64,000 nt of DNA, from assembly GCA_963790305.1 (NCBI GenBank), contig CAWBOC010000009.1:448001-512000 (forward strand), written 5' to 3'. Both the position numbers and the translations under genes were made by a program. The notes under the pieces are model-generated. The model did not search any database, had not been told where the DNA came from, and saw nothing but the letters and a program-made list of their open reading frames with translations. This DNA is from an uncultured Gemmatimonadaceae bacterium (GTDB taxonomy: Bacteria > Gemmatimonadota > Gemmatimonadetes > Gemmatimonadales > Gemmatimonadaceae). Numbering within the stretch: the first letter of the stretch is position 1; each line of letters opens with the position of its first letter. Shown piece by piece: positions 1 to 10,235 of this stretch.

Positions 1-821
1 ATGCGAACGGCCGCATGGTCGAGGCGATGCATCCCGGCAACCTGTATCTCGAGCGCGAGGCCTACGAGGTGGCGTTCGAGAACTGGCAAAACTGGAACGC
101 GCGCGCGGTGGAAGCCTCGGCCGATCGGGATATTCAGGAGGCGACGGCAATCGCTTCGTCGGCGCCAATTCGGAATCACCGCACGCTCTCGCAGCTCGCG
201 GTGCGGCTCGAGGGCGCCTCACTCGAAGGGTGGGCCCTGACGGGCGGCAGACAGACGCTGAGCGGTGACACGCTGAGCATTCAGCGAGAGAAGGCGACGA
301 GCCTGTTGCCGGCGTACCCACTGCCCATGGCGCGTGGCGGCCGGCTCGACGAGGCGCTTCGCCCCGAGCGGCTTCTGCAGTCGGAAGATTCCGTGATCGT
401 GGCGCTTGCCGAGCGAATCCGCGGCGACACGCGCAATCCGCGGGTGGCGGCGGAGCGACTCGCGCGATGGGTTCACGATTCTCTTGAAAAGCGAATCAGC
501 TTCTCGATTCCGAGCGCGACGCAGGTGCTTCGCGCCAGAGCGGGCGATTGTAACGAGCACACGCAGCTGTACGTCGCGCTGGCGCGCGCCATCGGCCTTC
601 CGGCCCGTGCCGCCGCGGGTCTCGCCTACGTGGGAGGCAAGTTTTACTACCACGCCTGGCCGGAAGTCTTTCTGGGGGACTGGGTCGCGGTCGACCCGAC
701 CTTCGGGCAGTTCCCCGCCGACGCGGCGCACCTGCGTTTTGTCATCGGTGGATTCTCGAAGCAAGCGGAGCTGCTCCGCCTCATCGGCCGACTGCGCATC
801 GACGTCGTCTCCACCGACTGA
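1..821 (+). CDS. Transglutaminase-like domain protein (probably 5'-truncated by the window edge)
   Basis: ORF 15..821 has the catalytic-triad motifs GDCNEH, YYHAWPEV and WVAVDPT. Confidence 0.85.
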   Translation, partial: ANGRMVEAMHPGNLYLEREAYEVAFENWQNWNARAVEASADRDIQEATAIASSAPIRNHRTLSQLAVRLEGASLEGWALTGGRQTLSGDTLSIQREKATSLLPAYPLPMARGGRLDEALRPERLLQSEDSVIVALAERIRGDTRNPRVAAERLARWVHDSLEKRISFSIPSATQVLRARAGDCNEHTQLYVALARAIGLPARAAAGLAYVGGKFYYHAWPEVFLGDWVAVDPTFGQFPADAAHLRFVIGGFSKQAELLRLIGRLRIDVVSTD

Positions 822-825
822 CACC

Positions 826-1584
826 ATGATCGAGCTCAAGGCGCTGACCAAGCGCTACGGCGGATTCACCGCTGTGGACGCCATCGACCTCACTGTGCCA
901 AAGGGAGAGCTGTTCGGCTTTCTGGGGCCTAACGGCGCCGGCAAGACGACGACGCTCCGCATGATCGCCGGCATCCTCCAGCCTTCCGGTGGCACTGTCC
1001 GAATCGCGGGGATCGACATCGCTGCCGATCCGATCGCCGCCAAGGCGAAGCTGGGGTTCATTCCCGATCGCCCTTTCATCTACGAGAAGCTTACCGGCGC
1101 CGAATTTCTGCGATTCGTGGCCGGCCTCTACGATCAGAGCGGGGAGCCGGTCGAGCGGCGCATGACGGAGCTGCTAGCGCTGTTCGATCTGCTGAACTGG
1201 AAAGACGAGCTGGTCGAGAGCTACAGCCATGGGATGCGGCAGAAGCTCATCATCTCGAGCGCCTTCTTGCACCGCCCCGAGGTCATCGTCGTCGATGAGC
1301 CAATGGTCGGCCTCGATCCGAAGGCGGCAAAAGTGCTGAAGGATCTCTTTCGCGAGTACACCCGGCGGGGCCACACGATCATGATGTCGACGCACACCCT
1401 CGAGGTGGCGCAGAGCTTGTGCGACCGCGTCGCGATCATTCAAGGCGGAAAGATTCGGGCATCCGGAACGATGGCCGAGCTGCGTGCGCACGCGGCGGCC
1501 GGAGAGGAAGGCCTGGAGGACATCTTCCTGCGTCTCACCGGCGACAACGCGGCGCGGGCGGTCGTCGAGGTGCTCAATGCCTGA
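826..1584 (+). CDS. ABC transporter ATP-binding protein (ABC-2 type)
   Basis: ATG at 826; Walker A GPNGAGKTT, signature YSHGMRQK, Walker B IVVDEP, H-loop STH. Confidence 0.93.
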   Translation: MIELKALTKRYGGFTAVDAIDLTVPKGELFGFLGPNGAGKTTTLRMIAGILQPSGGTVRIAGIDIAADPIAAKAKLGFIPDRPFIYEKLTGAEFLRFVAGLYDQSGEPVERRMTELLALFDLLNWKDELVESYSHGMRQKLIISSAFLHRPEVIVVDEPMVGLDPKAAKVLKDLFREYTRRGHTIMMSTHTLEVAQSLCDRVAIIQGGKIRASGTMAELRAHAAAGEEGLEDIFLRLTGDNAARAVVEVLNA

Positions 1585-3338
1585 GGCAGCTCGCCTCCAG
1601 AATGCAGCGAGCGATGACGATTCCTCGCGCGACCCACTCGCGCTGGTCACGGCACTCCCGCGCGTTCCACTGCTGCACCTCCTTCGCCCGAAATGGCTGA
1701 CCGCGCGCGTGCGCGCGCGCGGCAAGGAGCGTGGGCGCGGGGCGCGCATCGCCCTTCTCGGCATAACCGGCGCGCTCTTCTGGGCCTTCGTGCTGGTCGT
1801 CGTTTTCCGACTGCTGCTCTACTTCCGTCGCGTGCCGGACATCGGACCTCTGCTCGCGGGAAAGCTCCTCGGAATCATCTTCGTCAGCTTTTTCTCGATT
1901 CTCCTGCTATCCAACATCATCACCGCGCTGTCGAGCTTTTTCGTGGCGCGGGATCTCGATCTGCTCGTATCGGCTCCGGTAGACTGGCTGCGGCTGTATG
2001 GCGCGAAGCTGCTCGAAACGGCGGTGCATTCGAGCTGGATGGTCGTGTTGATGGCGGTGCCGATCTTCGTGGCGTACGGAGTGGCCTACGATGGCGGCAT
2101 TCTGGTTCCCTCTCGTCGCGCTGGCCACCTTCATTCCCTTCCTGCTGATTCCCGCCGTAGTCGGGAGCGCGATCACGCTTCTGCTGGTGCGCGTCTTCCC
2201 CGCCCGGCGTACGCGCGACATTCTGAGCGTGATCGCCGTCCTCGCGGCCGGCGGGCTCGTTCTGCTGTTCCGCATGGTCCGCCCCGAGCAGCTGGCGCGG
2301 CCGGAGGGGTTTCGCTCACTCGTCGATTTCATCGCCGTCCTCAAGACGCCGACCTCCCCGCTCCTCCCGAGCGAGTGGGTGCAGCGCGCGGTCATGTCAT
2401 CGCTGATGGGAATTCCCGATGTGCTGCCCTACTACCTGCTGTGGTCGACGGCGGCGGCATTCGTGGTGTTCGGGGCCTTGCTGCATCGCTCGCTGTATGC
2501 GAAGGGCTTCACCAAGGCGCAGGAGAGCAGCGAGCGATGGGTGCGAGGAACACGCCTCAAGCGCATTGGGGCGGCGATGCTCGCTCCATTCGGCACAGTG
2601 CGACGTGAGCTGCTGATGAAGGAGACCCGCGTGTTTTTCCGCGACACGACGCAGTGGTCGCAGCTGATCCTCCTCGGCGTCCTCGTCATCGTGTACGTGT
2701 TCAACATCAAGTTTCTCCCCTTGCGGGGCGAGGGGGTGACGTTCTTTCTCGTCAACGTGATTCCCTTCCTGAATCTCGTGCTCGCCGGATTCGTGCTCGC
2801 TTCGATTGCGGCGCGCTTCATCTTCCCTGGCGTAAGCCTGGAAGGCCGCACGATGTGGCTCCTCAAGTCGAGTCCACTGCGGATGCGCGAGCTCCTCTGG
2901 GCGAAGTTCTGGATCGGGACGCTGCCCCTGCTGCTCCTCGCCCTGGGCATCGTCTTCATCACGAACGTGCTGCTGCAAGTGACGCCTTTCATGATGTACG
3001 TGTCGCTGTTCACCATCACGCTGATGACCTTTGCGCTCGCCGGCCTCGCCCTGGCGCTCGGAACGCTGTTCCCGCAGTTCGAGACGGAGAATGCGGCGCA
3101 GATTCCCACATCGTTCGGCGGCCTGGTCTACATGATGGGAGCCGTCGCGCTCATCGGTGCGGTGGTGGTGCTGGAAGCACGACCGGTGTATGGGTACGTG
3201 AGCGCGCGGGCGTTCGGAGGCTCGGCGGACCCGCTGGAGATGATTGTCGGCTTCGGACTGGCCGCGGCGCTGTGCATTGCGACGCTCGTCGTGTCCGTCA
3301 CCATTGCGATTCGCCGACTTCACGCGGTCGAGCTCTGA
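1577..3338 (+). CDS. ABC-2 type exporter permease (single frameshift near 2100)
   Basis: Two hydrophobic multi-TM ORFs (frame of 1484..2608, then 2091..3338) join if one base is removed; DLDLLVSAPV and SLEGRTMWLLKSSP motifs; overlaps the ATPase stop. Confidence 0.8.
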
Positions 3339-3339
3339 C

Positions 3340-4711
3340 ATGTGGCTGGCGCCCTTTCTCTCGTACGTCGCGAACGCTGCGCTGCGCGTGTACTACCGGT
3401 TGCAGCGCGCCGGCGGCACCGTGCCGCAAAATGGCCCGGTGCTGCTCGTGGCGAATCACCCCAATTCGCTGCTGGACCCGGCAATGGTCGCGCTGGCCGC
3501 GCGTCGCCCGGTGCGATTCCTGGCGAAGGCGCCACTCTTCAAGGATCCACTGGTTGGCTTCCTCGTTCGCGGCGCGGGATCGATTCCCGTGTACCGCAAG
3601 TCCGACGATCCCTCGCAGGTTGGACGTAACGAGGAGATGTTCCGCGCCGTACACGAGGCCCTGGCAGCTGGGGCGGCCGTCGGAATCTTTCCAGAAGGGT
3701 TGAGCCACAGCGATCCGTCACTGGCCCCGCTCAAGACCGGCGCCGCGCGCATCGCGCTCGGAACGCTCGCCTCGCACGGTCGTCGCGTGCCCATCGTCCC
3801 CATTGGCTCCGTCTTCCGAAGCAAGAACATCTTCCGATCGGAAGCGCTCGTGACGGTTGGCCGGCCGGTCGCCTGGGACGATCTCTCCCCGGATGCCGGG
3901 AGTGAGGGTGAGGCGGTTCGCGAGCTGACGCAGCGCATCGACAAGGCGCTCCGCGACGTGACGGTGAATCTCGAGCGCTGGGAAGACGCGGCCCTCGTGG
4001 AATTGGCCGAGGCGATCTATGCCGCACAGTTCGGCAAGGCGACCGATGCCGCCGACTGGGTTTCGCGTCTTCGCACCACGACGGAAACGCTGACGCACCT
4101 TCGACAGGCCGGAGACGGATCCGTCCCCCTCGCCAGAGACATTCTCAGGACATGGGCGAATGCTTCAACGCCTCGGCCTTCGTCCGCAGGACCTGGTCGA
4201 TGACCCCAAGCGCCCAGGCGCGTTCTGGTGGCTGCTCCGTCGCCTCCCGCTCGGTGGTGTCATCCCCCTGGTGGTCCTGGCGGTGGGAACCCTCGTGTTC
4301 TTCGTGCCCTATCGCCTAACGGGCATTGTAGAGAAGCGTGCACGCCCGCGCGATGATGTGCGCGCCACGCACAAGCTGCTCGCCGGGGCGATCGTCTTTC
4401 CGCTCTGGATCGTTACGGCGTCACTGGTGGTCGGGGCGGCGGCGGGACCGCTCGCTGGCCTTCTGACGCTCGCCGCGCTTCCCGCCCTTGGCCTGTTCAC
4501 TCTCGGGCTGCACGAGCAATGGCGAGAGGCGGGCGTGGAAGCGGCGCGATACCTCACCCTGAAGCGCCGGCGCGAGATGATCGAGCCGCTCCGGGAGCAG
4601 CAGCGGGAGCTCGCGGCACGACTCAAGGCGGTTCTGGAGCAGCAACCTGGGCGCACGTCAGGGACGCGCCCGATGGCTCACGCCAGCGGTCTCCCACAGC
4701 GCGAGCAGTAG
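3340..4711 (+). CDS. PlsC-type lysophospholipid/glycerol-phosphate acyltransferase with C-terminal membrane domain (frameshift near 4145)
   Basis: NHPNSLLD (HX4D) and IFPEG motifs; the frame continues in 4160..4711 with TM helices. Confidence 0.82.
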
Positions 4712-4977
4712 CGCGCGGCGGGCTCCGGCCGCGGACCGCACACCGGGCACACTCGCAGCTGTGTGCGCGCCCGGCGGATCTCCGCCTCTACAACATCATC
4801 GGCCATGGTCTCGTGTGGTGCGGCGACGCGCGGATTGGGCGCGACGTCGTGACTCACCGATCGATCCCGCGTGCGCGACGAGGGCGTAGCCCGCCCTTCC
4901 CCGGCGGTGATGAGCGGCCACAACACGTACGTGAGCGCCGCGAGCGCCAGCACCGTGCCCACGATGAGCGCCGCCAC
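4678..4977 (-). CDS. Small membrane-anchored zinc-ribbon protein
   Basis: GTG at 4977 overlaps the upstream TAG; N-terminal TM helix; C-terminal CPVCG...YCSRCG. Confidence 0.75.
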   Translation of the reverse strand: MAALIVGTVLALAALTYVLWPLITAGEGRATPSSRTRDRSVSHDVAPNPRVAAPHETMADDVVEAEIRRARTQLRVCPVCGPRPEPAARYCSRCGRPLA

Positions 4978-6272
4978 TACGGACGGCTCCCAAGGATCGA
5001 CGGTGCCGGCCACATGACCGTCGTGCCTCCAATCGCGATCGCGATACCTCCAATCCACGCCCACACCATGAGCGGATGGAACGCGATGCGCAGGCTTAGT
5101 CGATCAGCGGTGATGCTGGTGAGCATCACGTAGATGTCCTGCAGTGGTGAATGGTCGATCCCGGCGTCGATGAAAGGCGCGAACGTCGGGATGCCGCGGC
5201 TGTCAACGTACTGACGCCGTTCGGTCACGATGAGCCCTACCGGAGTGCCATTGCGCGTGACTCGGAGCGGCACAGCTTCGACGGCGCGGTTGAGCTCCGG
5301 AAAGTCGGATACGCCCTGACTCGTGAACGTCCACTCGCGCCGATAGGGATCGACGAGCGAGACGGCCTCGCCCGGACCGAGGGAGGCGTTGCGCTCTTTG
5401 GTGAACGCGAATCCGACGCTCGCGATGAGCGAGAGAGCGACGCCTGCGTACAAAGCGTAACGGCCCGCGCGCGTGGTGCCGCGCTTCGCCTGACGCGTCG
5501 CGCGGGAGAGGAACGCCGTCGCGACGAGCCACGTCGCAAGCGACAACCCGGTCAGGGGCCAATCCCAGGATCGGCGGGGTCCGACGTACGCCCACCACAT
5601 GCCGGAGATGATCCCGATCGTCATGAAAAACCACGATACCGCGCCCCAGCGCCGCACCGCCAATATCCAGCTCTCATCGATCTGTCGCGCGAGGAGAGCC
5701 GCGATCGCGAACGCAAAGGGAATTGTCGTCGCGGCGAGACCGAGGGTGAGAGTAGGTGGGTGGAGCGCCATCGCCGGATGCTGGAGTTCCGGATTCATGC
5801 CGCGCCCTTCGACTGGAATGGGGACCACTCGCTCGTACGGATTCGCCTCGAAGCACACGGCCAGAAGCAGGAACAGCAGAACAATCGATAGCGTCCCCGC
5901 AACGTAGGGCGTGACCTCGCGATGCCGCGCGTGGCTCGCGACAGCAGCGATGACGGCGTACATCGACACGATGAGCGACCAGGACAGGAGCGCACCGGCC
6001 TGACCCGCCCACAGTGCCGTGACCTTGTAGCCGATGGGCAGATTCGCGCTCGTCACCGCGGCGACGTACTGAAAGGAAAAGTCGGACGTGACGAGCGCGA
6101 CGAGAAGTCCCGCGGTCGCCATCACGAGGCACGCGAAGGTCGCATAGAGTGCCCGTTCTCCACTGGCGACGAGCTCGGGGCGTCCCGCACTTCCACCGGC
6201 GAATGAGACGATGGCGCCCCAGGCCGCCATGAGGAGTGCGACCCAGAGCGCCAGCTCGCCAACGAGGGTCAC
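4977..6272 (-). CDS. ccmF: CcmF/NrfE-like cytochrome c biogenesis membrane protein (shortened, degenerate)
   Basis: N-terminal SDFSFQYVA, YKVTALWAGQAGALL and GMNPELQHPAMALHPP; C-terminal HPLMVWAWIGG; only 431 aa and the WGGWWFWDPVEN motif is absent. Confidence 0.8.
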   Translation of the reverse strand: MTLVGELALWVALLMAAWGAIVSFAGGSAGRPELVASGERALYATFACLVMATAGLLVALVTSDFSFQYVAAVTSANLPIGYKVTALWAGQAGALLSWSLIVSMYAVIAAVASHARHREVTPYVAGTLSIVLLFLLLAVCFEANPYERVVPIPVEGRGMNPELQHPAMALHPPTLTLGLAATTIPFAFAIAALLARQIDESWILAVRRWGAVSWFFMTIGIISGMWWAYVGPRRSWDWPLTGLSLATWLVATAFLSRATRQAKRGTTRAGRYALYAGVALSLIASVGFAFTKERNASLGPGEAVSLVDPYRREWTFTSQGVSDFPELNRAVEAVPLRVTRNGTPVGLIVTERRQYVDSRGIPTFAPFIDAGIDHSPLQDIYVMLTSITADRLSLRIAFHPLMVWAWIGGIAIAIGGTTVMWPAPSILGSRP

Positions 6273-6300
6273 GGGTTCGCGCCCGCGAGCGCTCGCGCGA

Positions 6301-6517
6301 TTACTGCGGCTTGTGTCCCCGAGACGCTTCGTCCCGCACGCGGGCCATGATCATTCTCGAGCTGCTGTTCGGCCTTCGCGCGTTCGTCGGGATCCCACGA
6401 CGCTGCGTGGCGGTTCAGCTCGCGAACCTGTTGCAGCATTTCATTGATGAGCGCACGCAACCCGAGCTGCGAGCGGCGGTCGTCCACCGATTGCTGGGTC
6501 TTCTGGTCGTCGCTCAC
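6301..6517 (-). CDS. Small helical hypothetical protein (likely frameshift near 6354)
   Basis: GTG at 6517; removing one A in GAGAATG gives ...EQQLEMIMARVRDEASRGHKPQ* ending at TAA 6301, otherwise the ORF runs to 6269. Confidence 0.6.
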
Positions 6518-6607
6518 GCGCGGGCTCCGCAGAGGAAAGGCGGTCTCAGCATCACGGGAGGAATATAGGGGTGACTCAAACGGGCGTGTAGAGCAATGCG
6601 CATCGTC

Positions 6608-6913
6608 TCAGCGGTGAGACTGCTCGAGCACCGCCGCGGCCGCCGCCGCTCCGAGCAGATCCCAAACGAGATCACGACCGTCGAATCGGCCCCCCGAGCG
6701 CGCGTCATGGACCTCTTTGGCGACCCCGACCGCCACGGTGGCGGCGCCGGCGGTCACGAGGGCCCCATCATGCTCGACACCGCTGAGGCGCAGCGCCGAG
6801 TACGAGGCGCTCTGAATGAACGCCGAGAGGAAGAAATGCTTCACCTTGTCCGGGGCGACGCTCCACCGCGGCGGGGCATGCAATGACAGGGCGAACGCAA
6901 GCACCACTCCCAT
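6608..6913 (-). CDS. YfiM/DUF2279-like small membrane protein
   Basis: DKVKHFFLSA...VAKEVHD...FDGRDLVWDLLG pattern typical of this family. Confidence 0.7.
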   Translation of the reverse strand: MGVVLAFALSLHAPPRWSVAPDKVKHFFLSAFIQSASYSALRLSGVEHDGALVTAGAATVAVGVAKEVHDARSGGRFDGRDLVWDLLGAAAAAAVLEQSHR

Positions 6914-6934
6914 AGTGCGCCTCCAGCCGTATCG

Positions 6935-7588
6935 TTAGGCGGTTTGCCGGGTCGCGGCGCCTGCTCGGCCGACGCCGAGCCTGGAAAACGCGACGCGAAG
7001 GTGCTCCAGCGAACGGTCGAGGAGCGCGCGGTTCGCGGGCAGGTTGACCCAGCTGCTCGCGCCTGAGGGGTGCGGCAGCGGAATCAGCTCGACCTGGCGT
7101 CCCCGCACGCGCGCCGTGTGCACGCGCCCTACCACCCGGTCCAGTGGCTCGTTTTCGAGAAACCGATCGATGGCGAGCCGGCCTACTGGAATGATCAGCG
7201 CCGGGCGGATGAGGTCGAGCTCCGCCTCGAGCCAGGGCGCGCAGTGGGCTTGCTCCTCGGGCGACGGAACGCGGTCCCCTCGGCCTGACGGGCTGGGACC
7301 GGGATAGCACCTCGTGATCGCCGCGATGTAGACGTCGCGCCGAAACGAAGGCTCATCGAGGCCCGCGCGCTCCAGCCACCGGAAGAGCGTTCGCCCTGCC
7401 CGACCGGCGAACGCGCGCCGATCCTCGATCTCGCTTTTTCCGGGGGCCTGCCCAACGAGCATCACACGCGGCCGCCGCGCCTCCGAAATGATCGGGAGCA
7501 CGCGATCATCGCTGTGCGCGCAACGCCGACAGGCTCCTAACGACTGTCGATGCGCGTCGAGCAGCGTCGGTAGCGTGCGGGCGGTCAT
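6935..7588 (-). CDS. Uracil-DNA glycosylase family protein (Fe-S type)
   Basis: ATG at 7588 overlaps the glpK stop; CRRC, VGQAPG, RCYPG, HCAPW and LPHPSG motifs. Confidence 0.88.
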   Translation of the reverse strand: MTARTLPTLLDAHRQSLGACRRCAHSDDRVLPIISEARRPRVMLVGQAPGKSEIEDRRAFAGRAGRTLFRWLERAGLDEPSFRRDVYIAAITRCYPGPSPSGRGDRVPSPEEQAHCAPWLEAELDLIRPALIIPVGRLAIDRFLENEPLDRVVGRVHTARVRGRQVELIPLPHPSGASSWVNLPANRALLDRSLEHLRVAFSRLGVGRAGAATRQTA

Positions 7589-9084
7589 GATCCGTCGCGC
7601 GCCCAGGAGAGCGCCGCGCGAACCGCGCGCGCCCAGCCCGCGGCTCCCGCGCGTGCGGCCTCGCGCCCAGCGCCCGGCTCGAATCGCGTGAACTGCCTGG
7701 TCGCCTGGAACGCGTCCACGTTCGGCCAGATCCCGGCGGCGAGTCCGGCGAGTCCGGCGGCGCCAAGTGCCGTCGTTTCGATCTGCGCAGGACGCTCCAC
7801 CGGTACCCCCAACACGTCTGACTGAAATTGCATGAGCCAATCGTTCTCGGTCGCGCCGCCATCGACACGAAGCGGGGCATCCTGCCCAGCCGCGAATCCT
7901 CCGGCTCCACGTCCGGCGCGTGCACGCATGACCTCGAGGACTTCGGCAGTGGAGTAGGCCATGGCCTCGAGCGCTGCGCGAACGAGATGTGCGCTGGTGG
8001 ATCCACGCGTCAGACCGACAATCGTTCCACGCGCGCGCGGCTCCCAGTGGGGCGCTCCCATCCCCACCAGCGCCGGAACGAAGTACACGCCATCCGTGGA
8101 CGAGATCCCGCGCGCAAGGTCCTCACTCTCGGCCGCCGTGGTCAGAAGACCCAGGCCGTCCCGCAGCCATTGGATCGCGGCGCCGGCAATGAAAATGGCT
8201 GCCTCGAGCGCGTATGCGGGCCGTCCCATCGCATCGCACGCAATCGTCGTGAGCAGGCCGCCACCGCCCTCGGCGCGCTGTGCGCCTGTGTTGAGCAGGA
8301 GAAATGCGCCCGTTCCATAGGTGTTCTTGCTCGTTCCCGGAGAGTGACATCCCTGTCCGAAGAGCGCGGCCTGCTGATCGCCGGCGACACCCATGATCGG
8401 AATCGGCTTGCCGAGAAAGGCGGCGTCCGCGATGCCGAACTCTCCGCTGGAGGATCGGACTCCCGGAAGCAGCGCCCTTGGAACGTGCAGGAGCTCGCAG
8501 AGCTCATCGCTCCAGCCGCGGGTATTGATGTCATAGAGCATCGTGCGCGACGCGTTGGTCGGGTCCGTTGCATGCACCGCGCCGCGCGTGAGCGACCAGA
8601 TCAGCCAGCTGTCGACCGTCCCCGCAGCAAGCTCGCCACGCATGGCGCGACGACGCACCGACTCATCGCGCAGCATCCACTCGAGCTTGGTTCCGGAGAA
8701 ATAGGGATCGGTGACGAGTCCGGTGAGCCGCGCGATCCGATCGGCTTCTGGTGCGAGCTCGAGGCAGCGTTCCGCGGTGCGGCGGTCCTGCCAGACGATC
8801 GCGCGACCGACCGGCTCGCCGGTCTTTCGCTCCCAGAGCACGATGGTTTCGCGCTGATTCGTGATCCCGATGGCGTCCGGTGTCGTGCGCGCCTGCGCGA
8901 TCGCCTCACGAGCGGCCTCGATGGTGCGATCGAGCAGATCGCGCGGGTCATGTTCCACCCATCCCGGCTGCGGGTAATGCTGCGGGATCTCCCGGTAGCC
9001 GCGACCCATGATACGCCCATCCTCGGAGACGACGAGGCAGGTCGAGCCGGTGGTGCCCTGGTCGATGGCGAGGATGGACGACAT
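7585..9084 (-). CDS. glpK: Glycerol kinase
   Basis: IDQGTTGS, GITNQRET, WQDRRT, TDPTNASRT, GDQQAALFGQ and KNTYGTG motifs. Confidence 0.96.
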   Translation of the reverse strand: MSSILAIDQGTTGSTCLVVSEDGRIMGRGYREIPQHYPQPGWVEHDPRDLLDRTIEAAREAIAQARTTPDAIGITNQRETIVLWERKTGEPVGRAIVWQDRRTAERCLELAPEADRIARLTGLVTDPYFSGTKLEWMLRDESVRRRAMRGELAAGTVDSWLIWSLTRGAVHATDPTNASRTMLYDINTRGWSDELCELLHVPRALLPGVRSSSGEFGIADAAFLGKPIPIMGVAGDQQAALFGQGCHSPGTSKNTYGTGAFLLLNTGAQRAEGGGGLLTTIACDAMGRPAYALEAAIFIAGAAIQWLRDGLGLLTTAAESEDLARGISSTDGVYFVPALVGMGAPHWEPRARGTIVGLTRGSTSAHLVRAALEAMAYSTAEVLEVMRARAGRGAGGFAAGQDAPLRVDGGATENDWLMQFQSDVLGVPVERPAQIETTALGAAGLAGLAAGIWPNVDAFQATRQFTRFEPGAGREAARAGAAGWARAVRAALSWARDGS

Positions 9085-9090
9085 CAGGCG

Positions 9091-10200
9091 CTAGGTTATC
9101 GAGGTCGTCGAGGTCGTCGAGGTAATCGAAGTGCCTTCACCTTGATCACCTCGATGACCTCGATGACCTCGACCACCTTTGAAATCGAAGGGCCGCCGAA
9201 AGACGCCCGCATCCGTGACAATTGCCGTCACCATCTCCGCTGGCGTCACATCGAACGCGGGGTTGTCGATGTCCGCGTCCGGCGGCGTCAGGCGCGCCTC
9301 CCCGAGATAGGCGAGCTCGTCGCGAGCACGACGCTCGATGGGAATGGCATCCCCATGCGGCAGCAGGGGGTCGAGCGTCGACGTCGGCGCGGCGACGTAA
9401 AAGGGGAGCCCGTGGTGCTGCGCCGCCAGCGCGGCGGCGTACGTGCCGATCTTGTTCGCGACATCACCGTTGGCGGCGATACGATCCGCACCGACAATGC
9501 AGAGGTCGATCGCGCCAGCCCGCATGAGGCTCGCCGCGGCGCCGTCGGCGATGACCGTGACCGGAATTCCTGCGCGCGAAAGCTCCCACGCGGTCAGACG
9601 GCTGCCCTGCAACAACGGGCGCGTCTCATCGACGAACACCCGGACCCGACGTCCGGCCTCGTGCGCGAGGTAGATGGGCGCGAGCGCGGTTCCAATGCCC
9701 CCAGTCGCGAGCGCGCCGGCATTGCAGTGCGTGAGAATGGCTGCTCCCTCGGTGATCAGTGGAAGGGCGTTCTCCCCGATTCGCCGGCACATCGCACGAT
9801 CTTCCTCGAGCAGATCGGTCGCTTCGGCACGCAGGGCGTCGAGCAAATCCGACGCGTCACCGAGCTCCTGCTCCGCGCGCGCGAGCATGCGATCGAGGGC
9901 GCTCGGAAGATTGACGGCCGTAGGGCGTGTCGCCCGAATCCGCGTGGCGTGCGCGAGCAGACGCGCGTCGAACGTCTCACGTGGCTCACGTACGAATGTG
10001 GTGAGCGATGCAGCAAGGCCCATCGCTCCCGCGATACCGATCGCCGGCGCGCCGCGGACCGCCAGCCGGGCGATGGCGTCGCACACCTCATCGATCGAGC
10101 GGAGATCGCGCTCGACGAGCCGTGCGGGAAGTTGTGTCTGGTCGATGATTCGCACTGCGTCGCCGTCGGGCGACCAGCGGACAGACTTGATAATGCTCAT
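9091..10200 (-). CDS. mtnA: S-methyl-5-thioribose-1-phosphate isomerase
   Basis: ATG at 10200; VRGAPAIG, RPTAVNL, THCNAGALAT, ETRPLLQGSRLT, ANKIGTY and NPAFDVTP motifs. Confidence 0.95.
   Translation of the reverse strand: MSIIKSVRWSPDGDAVRIIDQTQLPARLVERDLRSIDEVCDAIARLAVRGAPAIGIAGAMGLAASLTTFVREPRETFDARLLAHATRIRATRPTAVNLPSALDRMLARAEQELGDASDLLDALRAEATDLLEEDRAMCRRIGENALPLITEGAAILTHCNAGALATGGIGTALAPIYLAHEAGRRVRVFVDETRPLLQGSRLTAWELSRAGIPVTVIADGAAASLMRAGAIDLCIVGADRIAANGDVANKIGTYAAALAAQHHGLPFYVAAPTSTLDPLLPHGDAIPIERRARDELAYLGEARLTPPDADIDNPAFDVTPAEMVTAIVTDAGVFRRPFDFKGGRGHRGHRGDQGEGTSITSTTSTTSIT
9093..9178. repeat. 9-nt-periodic inverted repeat in the mtnA 3' end
   Basis: Tandem GAGGTCGTC-like units, a spacer, then tandem GATGACCTC-like units; the arms are complementary. 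Confidence 0.8.
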
Positions 10201-10235
10201 GGCCAGGGAACGTAGCACGCTCCCTGCCGCAGAGG

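Noticed and set aside
7828..10215. 795-aa plus-strand ORF and other long antisense ORFs (e.g. 25028..27019, 29012..30349, 45496..46710)
   Set aside because: They lie opposite well-supported genes, are Arg-rich and carry no motifs; these are shadow ORFs expected from high-GC codon bias.
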